DNA of 64,000 bases from the human T2T-CHM13v2.0 reference genome, Homo sapiens, in NCBI RefSeq assembly GCF_009914755.1, contig NC_060933.1. The stretch is one strand, 5' to 3'. Each line of letters starts with the position of its first letter. Position 1 is the stretch's first letter. A model generated the notes under the pieces. That model was not told where the DNA came from, did not search any database, and saw only the letters and a program-made list of their open reading frames with translations. The position numbers and the translations under genes were made by a program. This document shows, piece by piece, positions 50,688 to 64,000 of this stretch.

Positions 50688-53600
50688 ATTCTCAGAAACT
50701 TGTTTGTGATGTGTGTATTCAACTAACAGAGATGAACCTTTCTTTTTACAGAGCAGTTTTGAAACACTCTTTTTGTGGAATCTGAAAGTGGATATTTGGA
50801 TAGCTTTGAGGATTTCGTTGGAAACGGGATTACATATAAAACCTAGAGAGAAGCATTCTCAGGAACTTCTTTTTGATGTTTGCCTTCAAGTCACAGGACT
50901 GAACATTCCCTTTCATAGAGCAGGTTTGAAACACTCTTTCTGTAGTATCTGCAAGCTGACGTTTCAAGCGCTTTCAGGCCTATGGTGAGAAAGGAAATAT
51001 CTTCAAGTAAAAACTAGACAGAAGCATTCTCAGAAACATATTTGCCATGTGTGTTCTCAACTAACAGAGTTGAACCTTTGTTTTGATACGGCATTTTGGA
51101 AACACTCTTTTTGTAGTATCTGCAGGTGGATATTCGGATAGCTTTGAAGGTTTCGTTGGAAACGGGAATATCTTCATATAAAATCTAGACGGAAGCATTC
51201 TCAGAAACTGCTTTGTGATGTTTTCATTCAAGTCACAGAGTAGAATGTTCCCTGTTATATACCAGGTTTGAGACACTCTTTCTGCACAACCTGGAAGTGG
51301 ACGTTTGGAGCGCTTTGAGGCCTATGTTGAAAAAGGAAATATCTTCCCATAAAAACTAGACAGAAGCATTCTCAGAAACTTGTTTGTGATGTGTGTATTC
51401 AACTAACAGAGATGAACCTTTCTTTTTACAGAGCAGTTTTGAAACACTCTTTTTGTGGAATCTGAAAGTGGATATTTGGATAGCTTTGAGGATTTCGTTG
51501 GAAACGGGATTACATATAAAACCTAGAGAGAAGCATTCTCAGGAACTTCTTTGTGATGTTTGCATTCAAGTCACAGAACTGAACATTCCCTTTCATAGAG
51601 CAGGTTTGAAACACTCTTTCTGTAGTATCTGCAAGCTGACGTTTCAAGCGCTTTCAGGCCTATGGTGAGAAAGGAAATATCTTCAAGTAAAAACTAGACA
51701 GAAGCATTCTCAGAAACTTATTTGCGATGTGTGTTCTCAACTAACAGAGTTGAACCTTTGTTTTGATATGGCATTTTGGAAACACTCTTTTTGTAGAATC
51801 TGCAGGTGGATATTCGGATAGCTTTGAAGGTTTCGTTGGAAACGGGAATATCTTCATATAAAATCTAGACGGAAGCATTCTCAGAAACTGCTTTGTGATG
51901 TTTTCATTCAAGTCACACAGTAGAATGTTCCCTGTTATATACCAGGTTTGAGACACTCTTTCTGCACTACCTGGAAGTGGACATTTGCAGCGCTTTGAGG
52001 CCTATGATGAAAAAGGAAATATCTTCCCATAAAAACTAGACAGAAGCATTCTCAGAAACTTGTTTTTGATGTGTGTATTCAACTAACAGAGATGAACCTT
52101 TCTTTTTACAGAGCAGTTTTGAAACACTCTTTTTGTGGAATCTGAAAGTGGATATTTGGATAGCTTTGAGGATTTCGTTGGAAACGGGATTAAATATAAA
52201 ATCTAGAGAGAAGCATTCTCAGGAACTTCTTTGTGATGTTTGCATTCACGTCACAGAACTGAACATTCCCTTTCATAGAGCATGTTTGAAACACTCTTTC
52301 TGTAGTATCTGCAAACGGACATTTCAAACGCTTTCAGGCCTATGGTGAGAAAGGAAATATCTTCAAATAAAAACTAGACAGAAGCATTCTCAGAAACTTA
52401 TTTGCGATGTGTGTCCTCAACTAACAGAGTTGAACCTTTCTTTTGATACAACATTTTGGAAACACTCTTTTTGTAGAATCTGCAAGTGGATATTTGAATA
52501 GCTTTGAAGGTTTCGTTGGAAACGGGAATATCTTCATATAAAATCAAGACAGAAGCATTCTCAGAAACTTCTCTGTGATGTTTGCATTCAACTCATAGAG
52601 TTGAACACTTCCCTTCATACAGCAGGTTTGAAACACTCTTTTTCTAATATTTGGAAGTGGACATTTGCAGCGCTTTGAGGCCTATGATGAAAAAGGAAAT
52701 ATCTTCCCACAAAAACTAGACAGAAGCATTCTCAGAAACTTGTTTGTGATGTGTGTATTCAACTAACAGAGATGAACCTTTCTTTTTACAGAGCAGTTTT
52801 GAAACACTCTTTTTGTGGAATCTGAAAGTGGATATTTGGATAGCTTTGCGGATTTCGTTGGAAACGGGATTACATATAAAATCTAGGGAGAAGCATTCTC
52901 AGGAACTTCTTTGTGATGTTTGCATTCAAGTCACAGAACTGAACATTCCCTTTCATAGAGCAGGTTTGAAACACTCTGTAGTATCTGCAAGCGGACGTTT
53001 TAAGCGCTTTCAGGCCTGTGGTGAGAAAGGAAATATCTTCAAATAAAAACTAGACAGAAGCATTCTCAGAAACTTATTTGAGATGTGTGTTCTCAACTAA
53101 CAGAGTTGAACCTTTCTTTTGATACAACATTTTGGAAACACTCTTTTTGTAGAATCTGCAAGTGGATATTTGGATAACTTTGAAGGTTTCGTTGGAAACG
53201 GGAATATCTTCATATGAAATCAAGACAGAAGCATTCTCAGAAACTTCTCTGTGATGTTTGCATTCAACTCATAGAGTTGAACACTTCCCTTCATACAGCA
53301 GGTTTGAAACACTCTTTTTCTAATATTTGGAAGTGGACATTTGCAGCGCTTTGAGGCCTATGTTGAAAAAGGAAATATCTTCTCCTAAAAACCAGACAGA
53401 AGCATTCTCAGAAACTTCCTTGTGATGTGTGTACTCAAGTAACAGAGTTGAACCTTCCTTTTGACAGAGCAGTTTTGAAGCACTCTTTTTGTAGAATCTG
53501 CAAGTGGATATTTTGATACCTTTGAGGATTTCGTTGGACACGGGATATCTTCATATAAAATCTAGACAGAAGCATTCTCAGAAACTTCTTTGTGCTGTAT

Positions 53601-53915
53601 GTCCTCAATTAACAGAGTTGAACCTTTGTGTGGATACAGCATTTTGGAAACATTCCTTTAGTAGAATCTGCAAGTTGATATTTAGATAGCTAGGAAGATT
53701 TCCTTGGAAACGGGAATATCTTCATATAAAATCTAGACGGAAGCATTCTCAGAAAGTGCTTTGTGATGTTTGCATTCAAGTCACAGAGTTGAATATTCCC
53801 TTTTATAGAGCAGGTTTGAAACACTCTTTCTGCACTACCTGGAAGTGGACATTTGGAGCGCTTTGAGGCCTATGTTGAAAAAGGAAATATCTTCCCATAA
53901 AAACTAGACAGAAGC
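50688..53915 (+). repeat. 19-mer HOR (L,I,H,T,trimer), 3228 bp; the only 19-mer in the window
   Basis: 4x680+512=3232 minus a 4-bp deletion at ~52977. Confidence 0.9.
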
Positions 53916-56900
53916 ATTCTCAGAAACTTGTTTGTGATGTGTGTATTCAACTAACAGAGATGAACCTTTCTTTTTACAGAGCAGTTTTGAAACACTCTTT
54001 TTGTGGAATCTGAAAGTGGATATTTGGATAGCTTTGAGGATTTCGTTGGAAACGGGATTACATATAAAACCTAGAGAGAAGCATTCTCAGGAACTTCTTT
54101 TTGATGTTTGCCTTCAAGTCACAGGACTGAACATTCCCTTTCATAGAGCAGGTTTGAAACACTCTTTCTGTAGTATCTGCAAGCTGACGTTTCAAGCGCT
54201 TTCAGGCCTATGGTGAGAAAGGAAATATCTTCAAGTAAAAACTAGACAGAAGCATTCTCAGAAACTTATTTGCCATGTGTGTTCTCAACTAACAGAGTTG
54301 AACCTTTGTTTTGATACGGCATTTTGGAAACACTCTTTTTGTAGTATCTGCAGGTGGATATTCGGATAGCTTTGAAGGTTTCGTTGGAAACGGGAATATC
54401 TTCATATAAAATCTAGACGGAAGCATTCTCAGAAACTGCTTTGTGATGTTTTCATTCAAGTCACAGAGTAGAATGTTCCCTGTTATATACCAGGTTTGAG
54501 ACACTCTTTCTGCACTACCTGGAAGTGGACGTTTGGAGCGCTTTGAGGCCTATGTTGAAAAAGGAAATATCTTCCCATAAAAACTAGACAGAAGCATTCT
54601 CAGAAACTTGTTTGTGATGTGTGTATTCAACTAACAGAGATGAACCTTTCTTTTTACAGAGCAGTTTTGAAACACTCTTTTTGTGGAATCTGAAAGTGGA
54701 TATTTGGATAGCTTTGAGGATTTCGTTGGAAACGGGATTACATATAAAACCTAGAGAGAAGCATTCTCAGGAACTTCTTTGTGATGTTTGCCTTCAAGTC
54801 ACAGAACTGAACATTCCCTTTCATAGAGCAGGTTTGAAACACTCTTTCTGTAGTATCTGCAAGCTGACGTTTCAAGCGCTTTCAGGCCTATGGTGAGAAA
54901 GGAAATATCTTCAAGTAAAAACTAGACAGAAGCATTCTCAGAAACTTATTTGCGATGTGTGTTCTCAACTAACAGAGTTGAACCTTTGTTTTGATATGGC
55001 ATTTTGGAAACACTCTTTTTGTAGAATCTGCAGGTGGATATTCGGATAGCTTTGAAGGTTTCGTTGGAAACGGGAATATCTTCATATAAAATCTAGACGG
55101 AAGCATTCTCAGAAACTGCTTTGTGATGTTTTCATTCAAGTCACACAGTAGAATGTTCCCTGTTATATACCAGGTTTGAGACACTCTTTCTGCACTACCT
55201 GGAAGTGGACATTTGCAGCGCTTTGAGGCCTATGATGAAAAAGGAAATATCTTCCCATAAAAACTAGACAGAAGCATTCTCAGAAACTTGTTTTTGATGT
55301 GTGTATTCAACTAACAGAGATGAACCTTTCTTTTTACAGAGCAGTTTTGAAACACTCTTTTTGTGGAATCTGAAAGTGGATATTTGGATAGCTTTGAGGA
55401 TTTCGTTGGAAACGGGATTAAATATAAAATCTAGAGAGAAGCATTCTCAGGAACTTCTTTGTGATGTTTGCATTCACGTCACAGAACTGAACATTCCCTT
55501 TCATAGAGCATGTTTGAAACACTCTTTCTGTAGTATCTGCAAACGGACATTTCAAACGCTTTCAGGCCTATGGTGAGAAAGGAAATATCTTCAAATAAAA
55601 ACTAGACAGAAGCATTCTCAGAAACTTATTTGCGATGTGTGTCCTCAACTAACAGAGTTGAACCTTTCTTTTGATACAACATTTTGGAAACACTCTTTTT
55701 GTAGAATCTGCAAGTGGATATTTGAATAGCTTTGAAGGTTTCGTTGGAAACGGGAATATCTTCATATAAAATCAAGACAGAAGCATTCTCAGAAACTTCT
55801 CTGTGATGTTTGCATTCAACTCATAGAGTTGAACACTTCCCTTCATACAGCAGGTTTGAAACACTCTTTTTGTAATATTTGGAAGTGGACATTTGCAGCG
55901 CTTTGAGGCCTATGATGAAAAAGGTAATATCTTCCCGTAAAAACTAGACAGAAGCATTCTCAGAAACTTGTTTGTGATGTGTGTATTCAACTAACAGAGA
56001 TGAACCTTTCTTTTTACAGAGCAGTTTTGAAACACTCTTTTTGTGGAATCTGAAAGTGGATATTTGGATAGCTTTGCGGATTTCGTTGGAAACGGGATTA
56101 CATATAAAACCTAGAGAGAAGCATTCTCAGGAACTTCTTTGCGATGTTTGCATTCAAGTCACAGAACTGAACATTCCCTTTCATAGAGCAGGTTTGAAAC
56201 ACTCTTTCTGTAGTATCTGCAAGCTGACGTTTCAAGCGCTTTCAGGCCTATGGTGAGAAAGGAAATTTCTTCAAGTAAAAACTAGACAGAAGCATTCTCA
56301 GAAACTTATTTGCGATGTGTGTTCTCAACTAACAGAGTTGAACCTTTGTTTTGATATGGCATTTTGGAAACACTCTTTTTGTAGAATCTGCAGGTGGATA
56401 TTCGGATAGCTTTGAAGGTTTCGTTGGAAACGGGAATATCTTCATATAAAATCTAGACGGAAGCATTCTCAGAAACTGCTTTGTGATGTTTTCATTCAAG
56501 TCACAGAGTAGAATGTTCCCTGTTATATACCGGGTTTGAGACACTCTTTCTGCACTACATGGAAGTGGACGTTTGGAGCGCTTTGAGGCCTATGTTGAAA
56601 AAGGAAATATCTTCCCATAAAAACTAGACAGAAGCATTCTCAGAAACTTGTTTGTGATGTGTGTATTCAACTAACAGAGATGAACCTTTCTTTTTACAGA
56701 GCAGTTTTGAAACACTCTTTTTGTGGAATCTGAAAGTGGATATTTGGATAGCTTTGAGGATTTCGTTGGAAACGGGATTACATATAAAATCTAGAGAGAA
56801 GCATTCTCAGGAACTTCTTTGTGATGTTTGCATTCACGTCACAGAACTGAACATTCCCTTTCATAGAGCATGTTTGAAACACTCTTTCTGTAGTATCTGC

Positions 56901-59867
56901 AAACGGACATTTCAAACGCTTTCAGGCCTATGGTGAGAAAGGAAATATCTTCAAATAAAAACTAGACAGAAGCATTCTCAGAAACTTATTTGCGATGTGT
57001 GTCCTCAACTATCAGAGTTGAACCTTTCTTTTGATACAACATTTTGGAACCACTCTTTTTGTAGAATCTGCAAGTGGATATTTGAATAGCTTTGAAGGTT
57101 TCGTTGGAAACGGGAATATCTTCATATAAAATCAAGACAGAAGCATTCTCAGAAACTTCTCTGTGATGTTTGCATTCAACTCATAGAGTTGAACACTTCC
57201 CTTCATACAGCAGGTTTGAAACACTCTTTTTGTAATATTTGGAAGTGGACATTTGCAGCGCTTTGAGGCCTATGATGAAAAAGGAAATATCTTCCCATAA
57301 AAACTAGACAGAAGCATTCTCAGAAACTTGTTTGTGATGTGTGTATTCAACTAACAGAGATGAACCTTTCTTTTTACAGAGCAGTTTTGAAACACTCTTT
57401 TTGTGGAATCTGAAAGTGGATATTTGGATAGCTTTGCGGATTTCGTTGGAAACGGGATTACATATAAAATCTAGGGAGAAGCATTCTCAGGAACTTCTTT
57501 GTGATGTTTGCATTCAAGTCACAGAACTGAACATTCCCTTTCATAGAGCAGGTTTGAAACACTCTTTCTGTAGTATCTGCAAGCGGACGTTTTAAGCGCT
57601 TTCAGGCCTGTGGTGAGAAAGGAAATATCTTCAAATAAAAACTAGACAGAAGCATTCTCAGAAACTTATTTGCGATGTGTGTCCTCAACTAACAGAGTTG
57701 AACCTTTCTTTTGATACAACATTTTGGAAACACTCTTTTTGTAGAATCTGCAAGTGGATATTTGGATAGCTTTGAAGGTTTCGTTGGAAACGGGAATATC
57801 TTCATATGAAATCAAGACAGAAGCATTCTCAGAAACTTCTCTGTGATGTTTGCATTCAACTCATAGAGTTGAACACTTCCCTTCATACAGCAGGTTTGAA
57901 ACACTCTTTTTCTAATATTTGGAAGTGGACATTTGCAGCGCTTTGAGGCCTATGATGAAAAAGGAAATATCTTCCCATAAAAACTAGACAGAAGCATTCT
58001 CAGAAACTTGTTTTTGATGTGTGTATTCAACTAAGAGAGATGAACCTTTCTTTTTACAGAGCAGTTTTGAAACACTCTTTTTGTGGAATCTGAAAGTGGA
58101 TATTTGGATAGCTTTGAGGATTTCGTTGGAAACGGGATTAAATATAAAATCTAGAGAGAAGCATTCTCAGGAACTTCTTTGTGATGTTTGCATTCACGTC
58201 ACAGAACTGAACATTCCCTTTCATAGAGCATGTTTGAAACACTCTTTCTGTAGTATCTGCAAACGGACATTTCAAACGCTTTCAGGCCTATGGTGAGAAA
58301 GGAAATATCTTCAAATAAAAACTAGACAGAAGCATTCTCAGAAACTTATTTGCGATGTGTGTCCTCAACTAACAGAGTTGAACCTTTCTTTTGATACAAC
58401 ATTTTGGAAACACTCTTTTTGTAGAATCTGCAAGTGGATATTTGAATAGCTTTGAAGGTTTCGTTGGAAACGGGAATATCTTCATATAAAATCAAGACAG
58501 AAGCATTCTCAGAAACTTCTCTGTGATGTTTGCATTCAACTCATAGAGTTGAACACTTCCCTTCATACAGCAGGTTTGAAACACTCTTTTTGTAATATTT
58601 GGAAGTGGACATTTGCAGCGCTTTGAGGCCTATGATGAAAAAGGAAATATCTTCCCACAAAAACTAGACAGAAGCATTCTCAGAAACTTGTTTGTGATGT
58701 GTGTATTCAACTAACAGAGATGAACCTTTCTTTTTACAGAGCAGTTTTGAAACACTCTTTTTGTGGAATCTGAAAGTGGATATTTGGATAGCTTTGCGGA
58801 TTTCGTTGGAAACGGGATTACATATAAAATCTAGGGAGAAGCATTCTCAGGAACTTCTTTGTGATGTTTGCATTCAAGTCACAGAACTGAACATTCCCTT
58901 TCATAGAGCAGGTTTGAAACACTCTTTCTGTAGTATCTGCAAGCGGACGTTTTAAGCGCTTTCAGGCCTGTGGTGAGAAAGGAAATATCTTCAAATAAAA
59001 ACTAGACAGAAGCATTCTCAGAAACTTATTTGAGATGTGTGTTCTCAACTAACAGAGTTGAACCTTTCTTTTGATACAACATTTTGGAAACACTCTTTTT
59101 GTAGAATCTGCAAGTGGATATTTGGATAACTTTGAAGGTTTCGTTGGAAACGGGAATATCTTCATATGAAATCAAGACAGAAGCATTCTCAGAAACTTCT
59201 CTGTGATGTTTGCATTCAACTCATAGAGTTGAACACTTCCCTTCATACAGCAGGTTTGAAACACTCTTTTTGTAATATTTGGAAGTGGACATTTGCAGCG
59301 CTTTGAGGCCTATGTTGAAAAAGGAAATATCTTCTCCTAAAAACCAGACAGAAGCATTCTCAGAAACTTCCTTGTGATGTGTGTACTCAAGTAACAGAGT
59401 TGAACCTTCCTTTTGACAGAGCAGTTTTGAAGCACTCTTTTTGTAGAATCTGCAAGTGGATATTTTGATACCTTTGAGGATTTCGTTGGACACGGGATAT
59501 CTTCATATAAAATCTAGACAGAAGCATTCTCAGAAACTTCTTTGTGCTGTATGTCCTCAATTAACAGAGTTGAACCTTTGTGTGGATACAGCATTTTGGA
59601 AACATTCCTTTAGTAGAATCTGCAAGTTGATATTTAGATAGCTAGGAAGATTTCCTTGGAAACGGGAATATCTTCATATAAAATCTAGACGGAAGCATTC
59701 TCAGAAAGTGCTTTGTGATGTTTGCATTCAAGTCACAGAGTTGAATATTCCCTTTTATAGAGCAGGTTTGAAACACTCTTTCTGCACTACCTGGAAGTGG
59801 ACATTTGGAGCGCTTTGAGGCCTATGTTGAAAAAGGAAATATCTTCCCATAAAAACTAGACAGAAGC
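53916..59867 (+). repeat. 35-mer HOR (L,I,H,I',H,T,H,T,trimer), 5952 bp
   Basis: 8x680+512; the internal T tetramer at 57316 is not followed by a trimer. Confidence 0.9.
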
Positions 59868-62800
59868 ATTCTCAGAAACTTGTTTGTGATGTGTGTATTC
59901 AACTAACAGAGATGAACCTTTCTTTTTACAGAGCAGTTTTGAAACACTCTTTTTGTGGAATCTGAAAGTGGATATTTGGATAGCTTTGAGGATTTCGTTG
60001 GAAACGGGATTACATATAAAACCTAGAGAGAAGCATTCTCAGGAACTTCTTTTTGATGTTTGCCTTCAAGTCACAGGACTGAACATTCCCTTTCATAGAG
60101 CAGGTTTGAAACACTCTTTCTGTAGTATCCGCAAGCTGACGTTTCAAGCGCTTTCAGGCCTATGGTGAGAAAGGAAATATCTTCAAGTAAAAACTAGACA
60201 GAAGCATTCTCAGAAACTTATTTGCCATGTGTGTTCTCAACTAACAGAGTTGAACCTTTGTTTTGATACGGCATTTTGGAAACACTCTTTTTGTAGTATC
60301 TGCAGGTGGATATTCGGATAGCTTTGAAGGTTTCGTTGGAAACGGGAATATCTTCATATAAAATCTAGACGGAAGCATTCTCAGAAACTGCTTTGTGATG
60401 TTTTCATTCAAGTCACAGAGTAGAATGTTCCCTGTTATATACCAGGTTTGAGACACTCTTTCTGCACTACCTGGAAGTGGACGTTTGGAGCGCTTTGAGG
60501 CCTATGTTGAAAAAGGAAATATCTTCCCATAAAAACTAGACAGAAGCATTCTCAGAAACTTGTTTGTGATGTGTGTATTCAACTAACAGAGATGAACCTT
60601 TCTTTTTACAAGCAGTTTTGAAACACTCTTTTTGTGGAATCTGAAAGTGGATATTTGGATAGCTTTGAGGATTTCGTTGGAAACGGGATTACATATAAAA
60701 CCTAGAGAGAAGCATTCTCAGGAACTTCTTTGTGATGTTTGCATTCAAGTCACAGAACTCAACATTCCCTTTCATAGAGCAGGTTTGAAACACTCTTTCT
60801 GTAGTATCTGCAAGCTGACGTTTCAAGCGCTTTCAGGCCTATGGTGAGAAAGGAAATATCTTCAAGTAAAAACTAGACAGAAGCATTCTCAGAAACTTAT
60901 TTGCGATGTGTGTTCTCAACTAACAGAGTTGAACCTTTGTTTTGATATGGCATTTTGGAAACACTCTTTTTGTAGAATCTGCAGGTGGATATTCAGATAG
61001 CTTTGAAGGTTTTGTTGGAAACGGGAATATCTTCATATAAAATCTAGACGGAAGCATTCTCAGAAACTGCTTTGTGATGTTTTCATTCAAGTCACACAGT
61101 AGAATGTTCCCTGTTATATACCAGGTTTGAGACACTCTTTCTGCACTACCTGGAAGTGGACATTTGCAGCGCTTTGAGGCCTATGATGAAAAAGGAAATA
61201 TCTTCCCATAAAAACTAGACAGAAGCATTCTCAGAAACTTGTTTTTGATGTGTGTATTCAACTAACAGAGATGAACCTTTCTTTTTACAGAGCAGTTTTG
61301 AAACACTCTTTTTGTGGAATCTGAAAGTGGATATTTGGATAGCTTTGAGGATTTCGTTGGAAACGGGATTAAATATAAAATCTAGAGAGAAGCATTCTCA
61401 GGAACTTCTTTGTGATGTTTGCATTCACGTCACAGAACTGAACATTCCCTTTCATAGAGCATGTTTGAAACACTCTTTCTGTAGTATCTGCAAACGGACA
61501 TTTCAAACGCTTTCAGGCCTATGGTGAGAAAGGAAATATCTTCAAATAAAAACTAGACAGAAGCATTCTCAGAAACTTATTTGCGATGTGTGTCCTCAAC
61601 TAACAGAGTTGAACCTTTCTTTTGATACAACATTTTGGAAACACTCTTTTTGTAGAATCTGCAAGTGGATATTTGAATAGCTTTGAAGGTTTCGTTGGAA
61701 ACGGGAATATCTTCATATAAAATCAAGACAGAAGCATTCTCAGAAACTTCTCTGTGATGTTTGCATTCAACTCATAGAGTTGAACACTTCCCTTCATACA
61801 GCAGGTTTGAAACACTCTTTTTGTAATATTTGGAAGTGGACATTTGCAGCGCTTTGAGGCCTATGATGAAAAAGGTAATATCTTCCCATAAAAACTAGAC
61901 AGAAGCATTCTCAGAAACTTGTTTGTGATGTGTGTATTCAACTAACAGAGATGAACCTTTCTTTTTACAGAGCAGTTTTGAAACACTCTTTTTGTGGAAT
62001 CTGAAAGTGGATATTTGGATAGCTTTGCGGATTTCGTTGGAAACGGGATTACATATAAAACCTAGAGAGAAGCATTCTCAGGAACTTCTTTGCGATGTTT
62101 GCATTCAAGTCACAGAACTGAACATTCCCTTTCATAGAGCAGGTTTGAAACATTCTTTCTGTAGTATCTGCAAGCTGACGTTTCAAGCGCTTTCAGGCCT
62201 ATGGTGAGAAAGGAAATTTCTTCAAGTAAAAACTAGACAGAAGCATTCTCAGAAACTTATTTGCGATGTGTGTTCTCAACTAACAGAGTTGAACCTTTGT
62301 TTTGATATGGCATTTTGGAAACACTCTTTTTGTAGAATCTGCAGGTGGATATTCGGATAGCTTTGAAGGTTTCGTTGGAAACGGGAATATCTTCATATAA
62401 AATCTAGACGGAAGCATTCTCAGAAACTGCTTTGTGATGTTTTCATTCAAGTCACAGAGTAGAATGTTCCCTGTTATATACCAGGTTTGAGACACTCTTT
62501 CTGCACTACATGGAAGTGGACGTTTGGAGTGCTTTGAGGCCTATGTTGAAAAAGGAAATATCATCCCATAAAAACTAGACAGAAGCATTCTCAGAAACTT
62601 GTTTGTGATGTGTGTATTCAACTAACAGAGATGAACCTTTCTTTTTACAGAGCAGTTTTGAAACACTCTTTTTGTGGAATCTGAAAGTGGATATTTGGAT
62701 AGCTTTGAGAATTTCGTTGGAAACGGGATTACATATAAAATCTAGAGAGAAGCATTCTCAGGAACTTCTTTGTGATGTTTGCATTCACGTCACAGAACTG

Positions 62801-64000
62801 AACATTCCCTTTCATAGAGCATGTTTGAAACACTCTTTCTGTAGTATCTGCAAACGGACATTTCAAACGCTTTCAGGCCTATGGTGAGAAAGGAAATATC
62901 TTCAAATAAAAACTAGACAGAAGCATTCTCAGAAACTTATTTGCGATGTGTGTCCTCAACTATCAGAGTTGAACCTTTCTTTTGATACAACATTTTGGAA
63001 CCACTCTTTTTGTAGAATCTGCAAGTGGATATTTGAATAGCTTTGAAGGTTTCGTTGGAAACGGGAATATCTTCATATAAAATCAAGACAGAAGCATTCT
63101 CAGAAACTTCTCTGTGATGTTTGCATTCAACTCATAGAGTTGAACACTTCCCTTCATACAGCAGGTTTGAAACACTCTTTTTGTAATATTTGGAAGTGGA
63201 CATTTGCAGCGCTTTGAGGCCTATGATGAAAAAGGAAATATCTTCCCATAAAAACTAGACAGAAGCATTCTCAGAAACTTGTTTGTGATGTGTGTATTCA
63301 ACTAACAGAGATGAACCTTTCTTTTTACAGAGCAGTTTTGAAACACTCTTTTTGTGGAATCTGAAAGTGGATATTTGGATAGCTTTGCGGATTTCGTTGG
63401 AAACGGGATTACATATAAAATCTAGGGAGAAGCATTCTCAGGAACTTCTTTGTGATGTTTGCATTCAAGTCACAGAACTGAACATTCCCTTTCATAGAGC
63501 AGGTTTGAAACACTCTTTCTGTAGTATCTGCAAGCGGACGTTTTAAGCGCTTTCAGGCCTGTGGTGAGAAAGGAAATATCTTCAAATAAAAACTAGACAG
63601 AAGCATTCTCAGAAACTTATTTGCGATGTGTGTCCTCAACTAACAGAGTTGAACCTTTCTTTTGATACAACATTTTGGAAACACTCTTTTTGTAGAATCT
63701 GCAAGTGGATATTTGGATAGCTTTGAAGGTTTCGTTGGAAACGGGAATATCTTCATATGAAATCAAGACAGAAGCATTCTCAGAAACTTCTCTGTGATGT
63801 TTGCATTCAACTCATAGAGTTGAACACTTCCCTTCATACAGCAGGTTTGAAACACTCTTTTTCTAATATTTGGAAGTGGACATTTGCAGCGCTTTGAGGC
63901 CTATGTTGAAAAAGGAAATATCTTCTCCTAAAAACCAGACAGAAGCATTCTCAGAAACTTCCTTGTGATGTGTGTACTCAAGTAACAGAGTTGAACCTTC
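59868..64000 (+). repeat. 27-mer HOR, truncated by the window edge at the start of its trimer
   Basis: Six tetramers (1-bp deletion near 60611), then the trimer start CTTCCTTGTG near 63950-63967. Confidence 0.85.

Larger units (their letters stand above)
1..64000 (+). repeat. Centromeric alpha-satellite HOR array, SF2-like dimeric type; probably human chr4 D4Z1/S2C4H1L (alternative chr9 D9Z4)
   Basis: The motif AGAAGCATTCTCAG(A/G)AACT recurs every ~171 bp (starts 1, 168, 339, 510, 681...). CENP-B boxes lie in alternate monomers and HOR copies are near-identical. Alpha-satellite identity is certain. The chromosome call is inferred from unit sizes (680, 1192, 1872, 2552, 3232 bp) and is less certain. 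Confidence 0.98.

Noticed and set aside
26-63546. Repeated 61-97 aa ORFs (MYSTNRDEPF..., MSQTWYIT..., MSNEILKG..., MDILIPLR...)
   Set aside because: These are chance open frames of alpha satellite repeated with the HOR. Most begin at GTG or other alternative starts, show no recognisable domain, and gain stops and frameshifts freely (e.g. TGA at 22591). I used them only as subtype markers.
1-64000. CRISPR-like or diversity-cassette reading of the recurring AGAAGCATTCTCAGAAAC motif
   Set aside because: The intervening sequences are homologous ~171-bp monomers, not unique spacers, and there are no cas or recombinase genes.
1-64000. Embedded L1/Alu/ERV insertion, inversion or array edge
   Set aside because: All spacings are explained by 680- and 512-bp modules with indels of 4 bp or less. 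Orientation never changes, and there is no poly-A tail or foreign sequence.

Overview
The whole window is one uninterrupted, single-orientation array of primate (human-type) centromeric alpha satellite, about 376 monomers of ~171 bp. CENP-B-box monomers alternate with pJalpha-type monomers, as in the dimeric suprachromosomal family SF2. There are no genes, RNA genes, transposon insertions or inversions, and the listed ORFs are by-products of the repeat. The array is built from 680-bp tetramers (167+171+171+171; subtypes I call L, I, I', H, T) closed by a 512-bp trimer (170+171+171), so every higher-order repeat (HOR) has 4n+3 monomers. The order is 11,27,15,15,11,15,23,11,15,23,11,23,11,15,23,11,27,11,19,35,27(partial). 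A 19-mer of 3232 bp fits my recollection of chromosome 4 D4Z1 (S2C4H1L); the related chr9 D9Z4 array is the main alternative, and this assignment is unverified. Rare shared variants reveal nested super-periods (2552, ~5950, 6464, ~8334, 14118 bp and a 30441-bp long-range copy), hybrid monomers with mappable junctions, and inherited CENP-B box knockouts. I found no new gene system; the interest lies in the array's recombination history.
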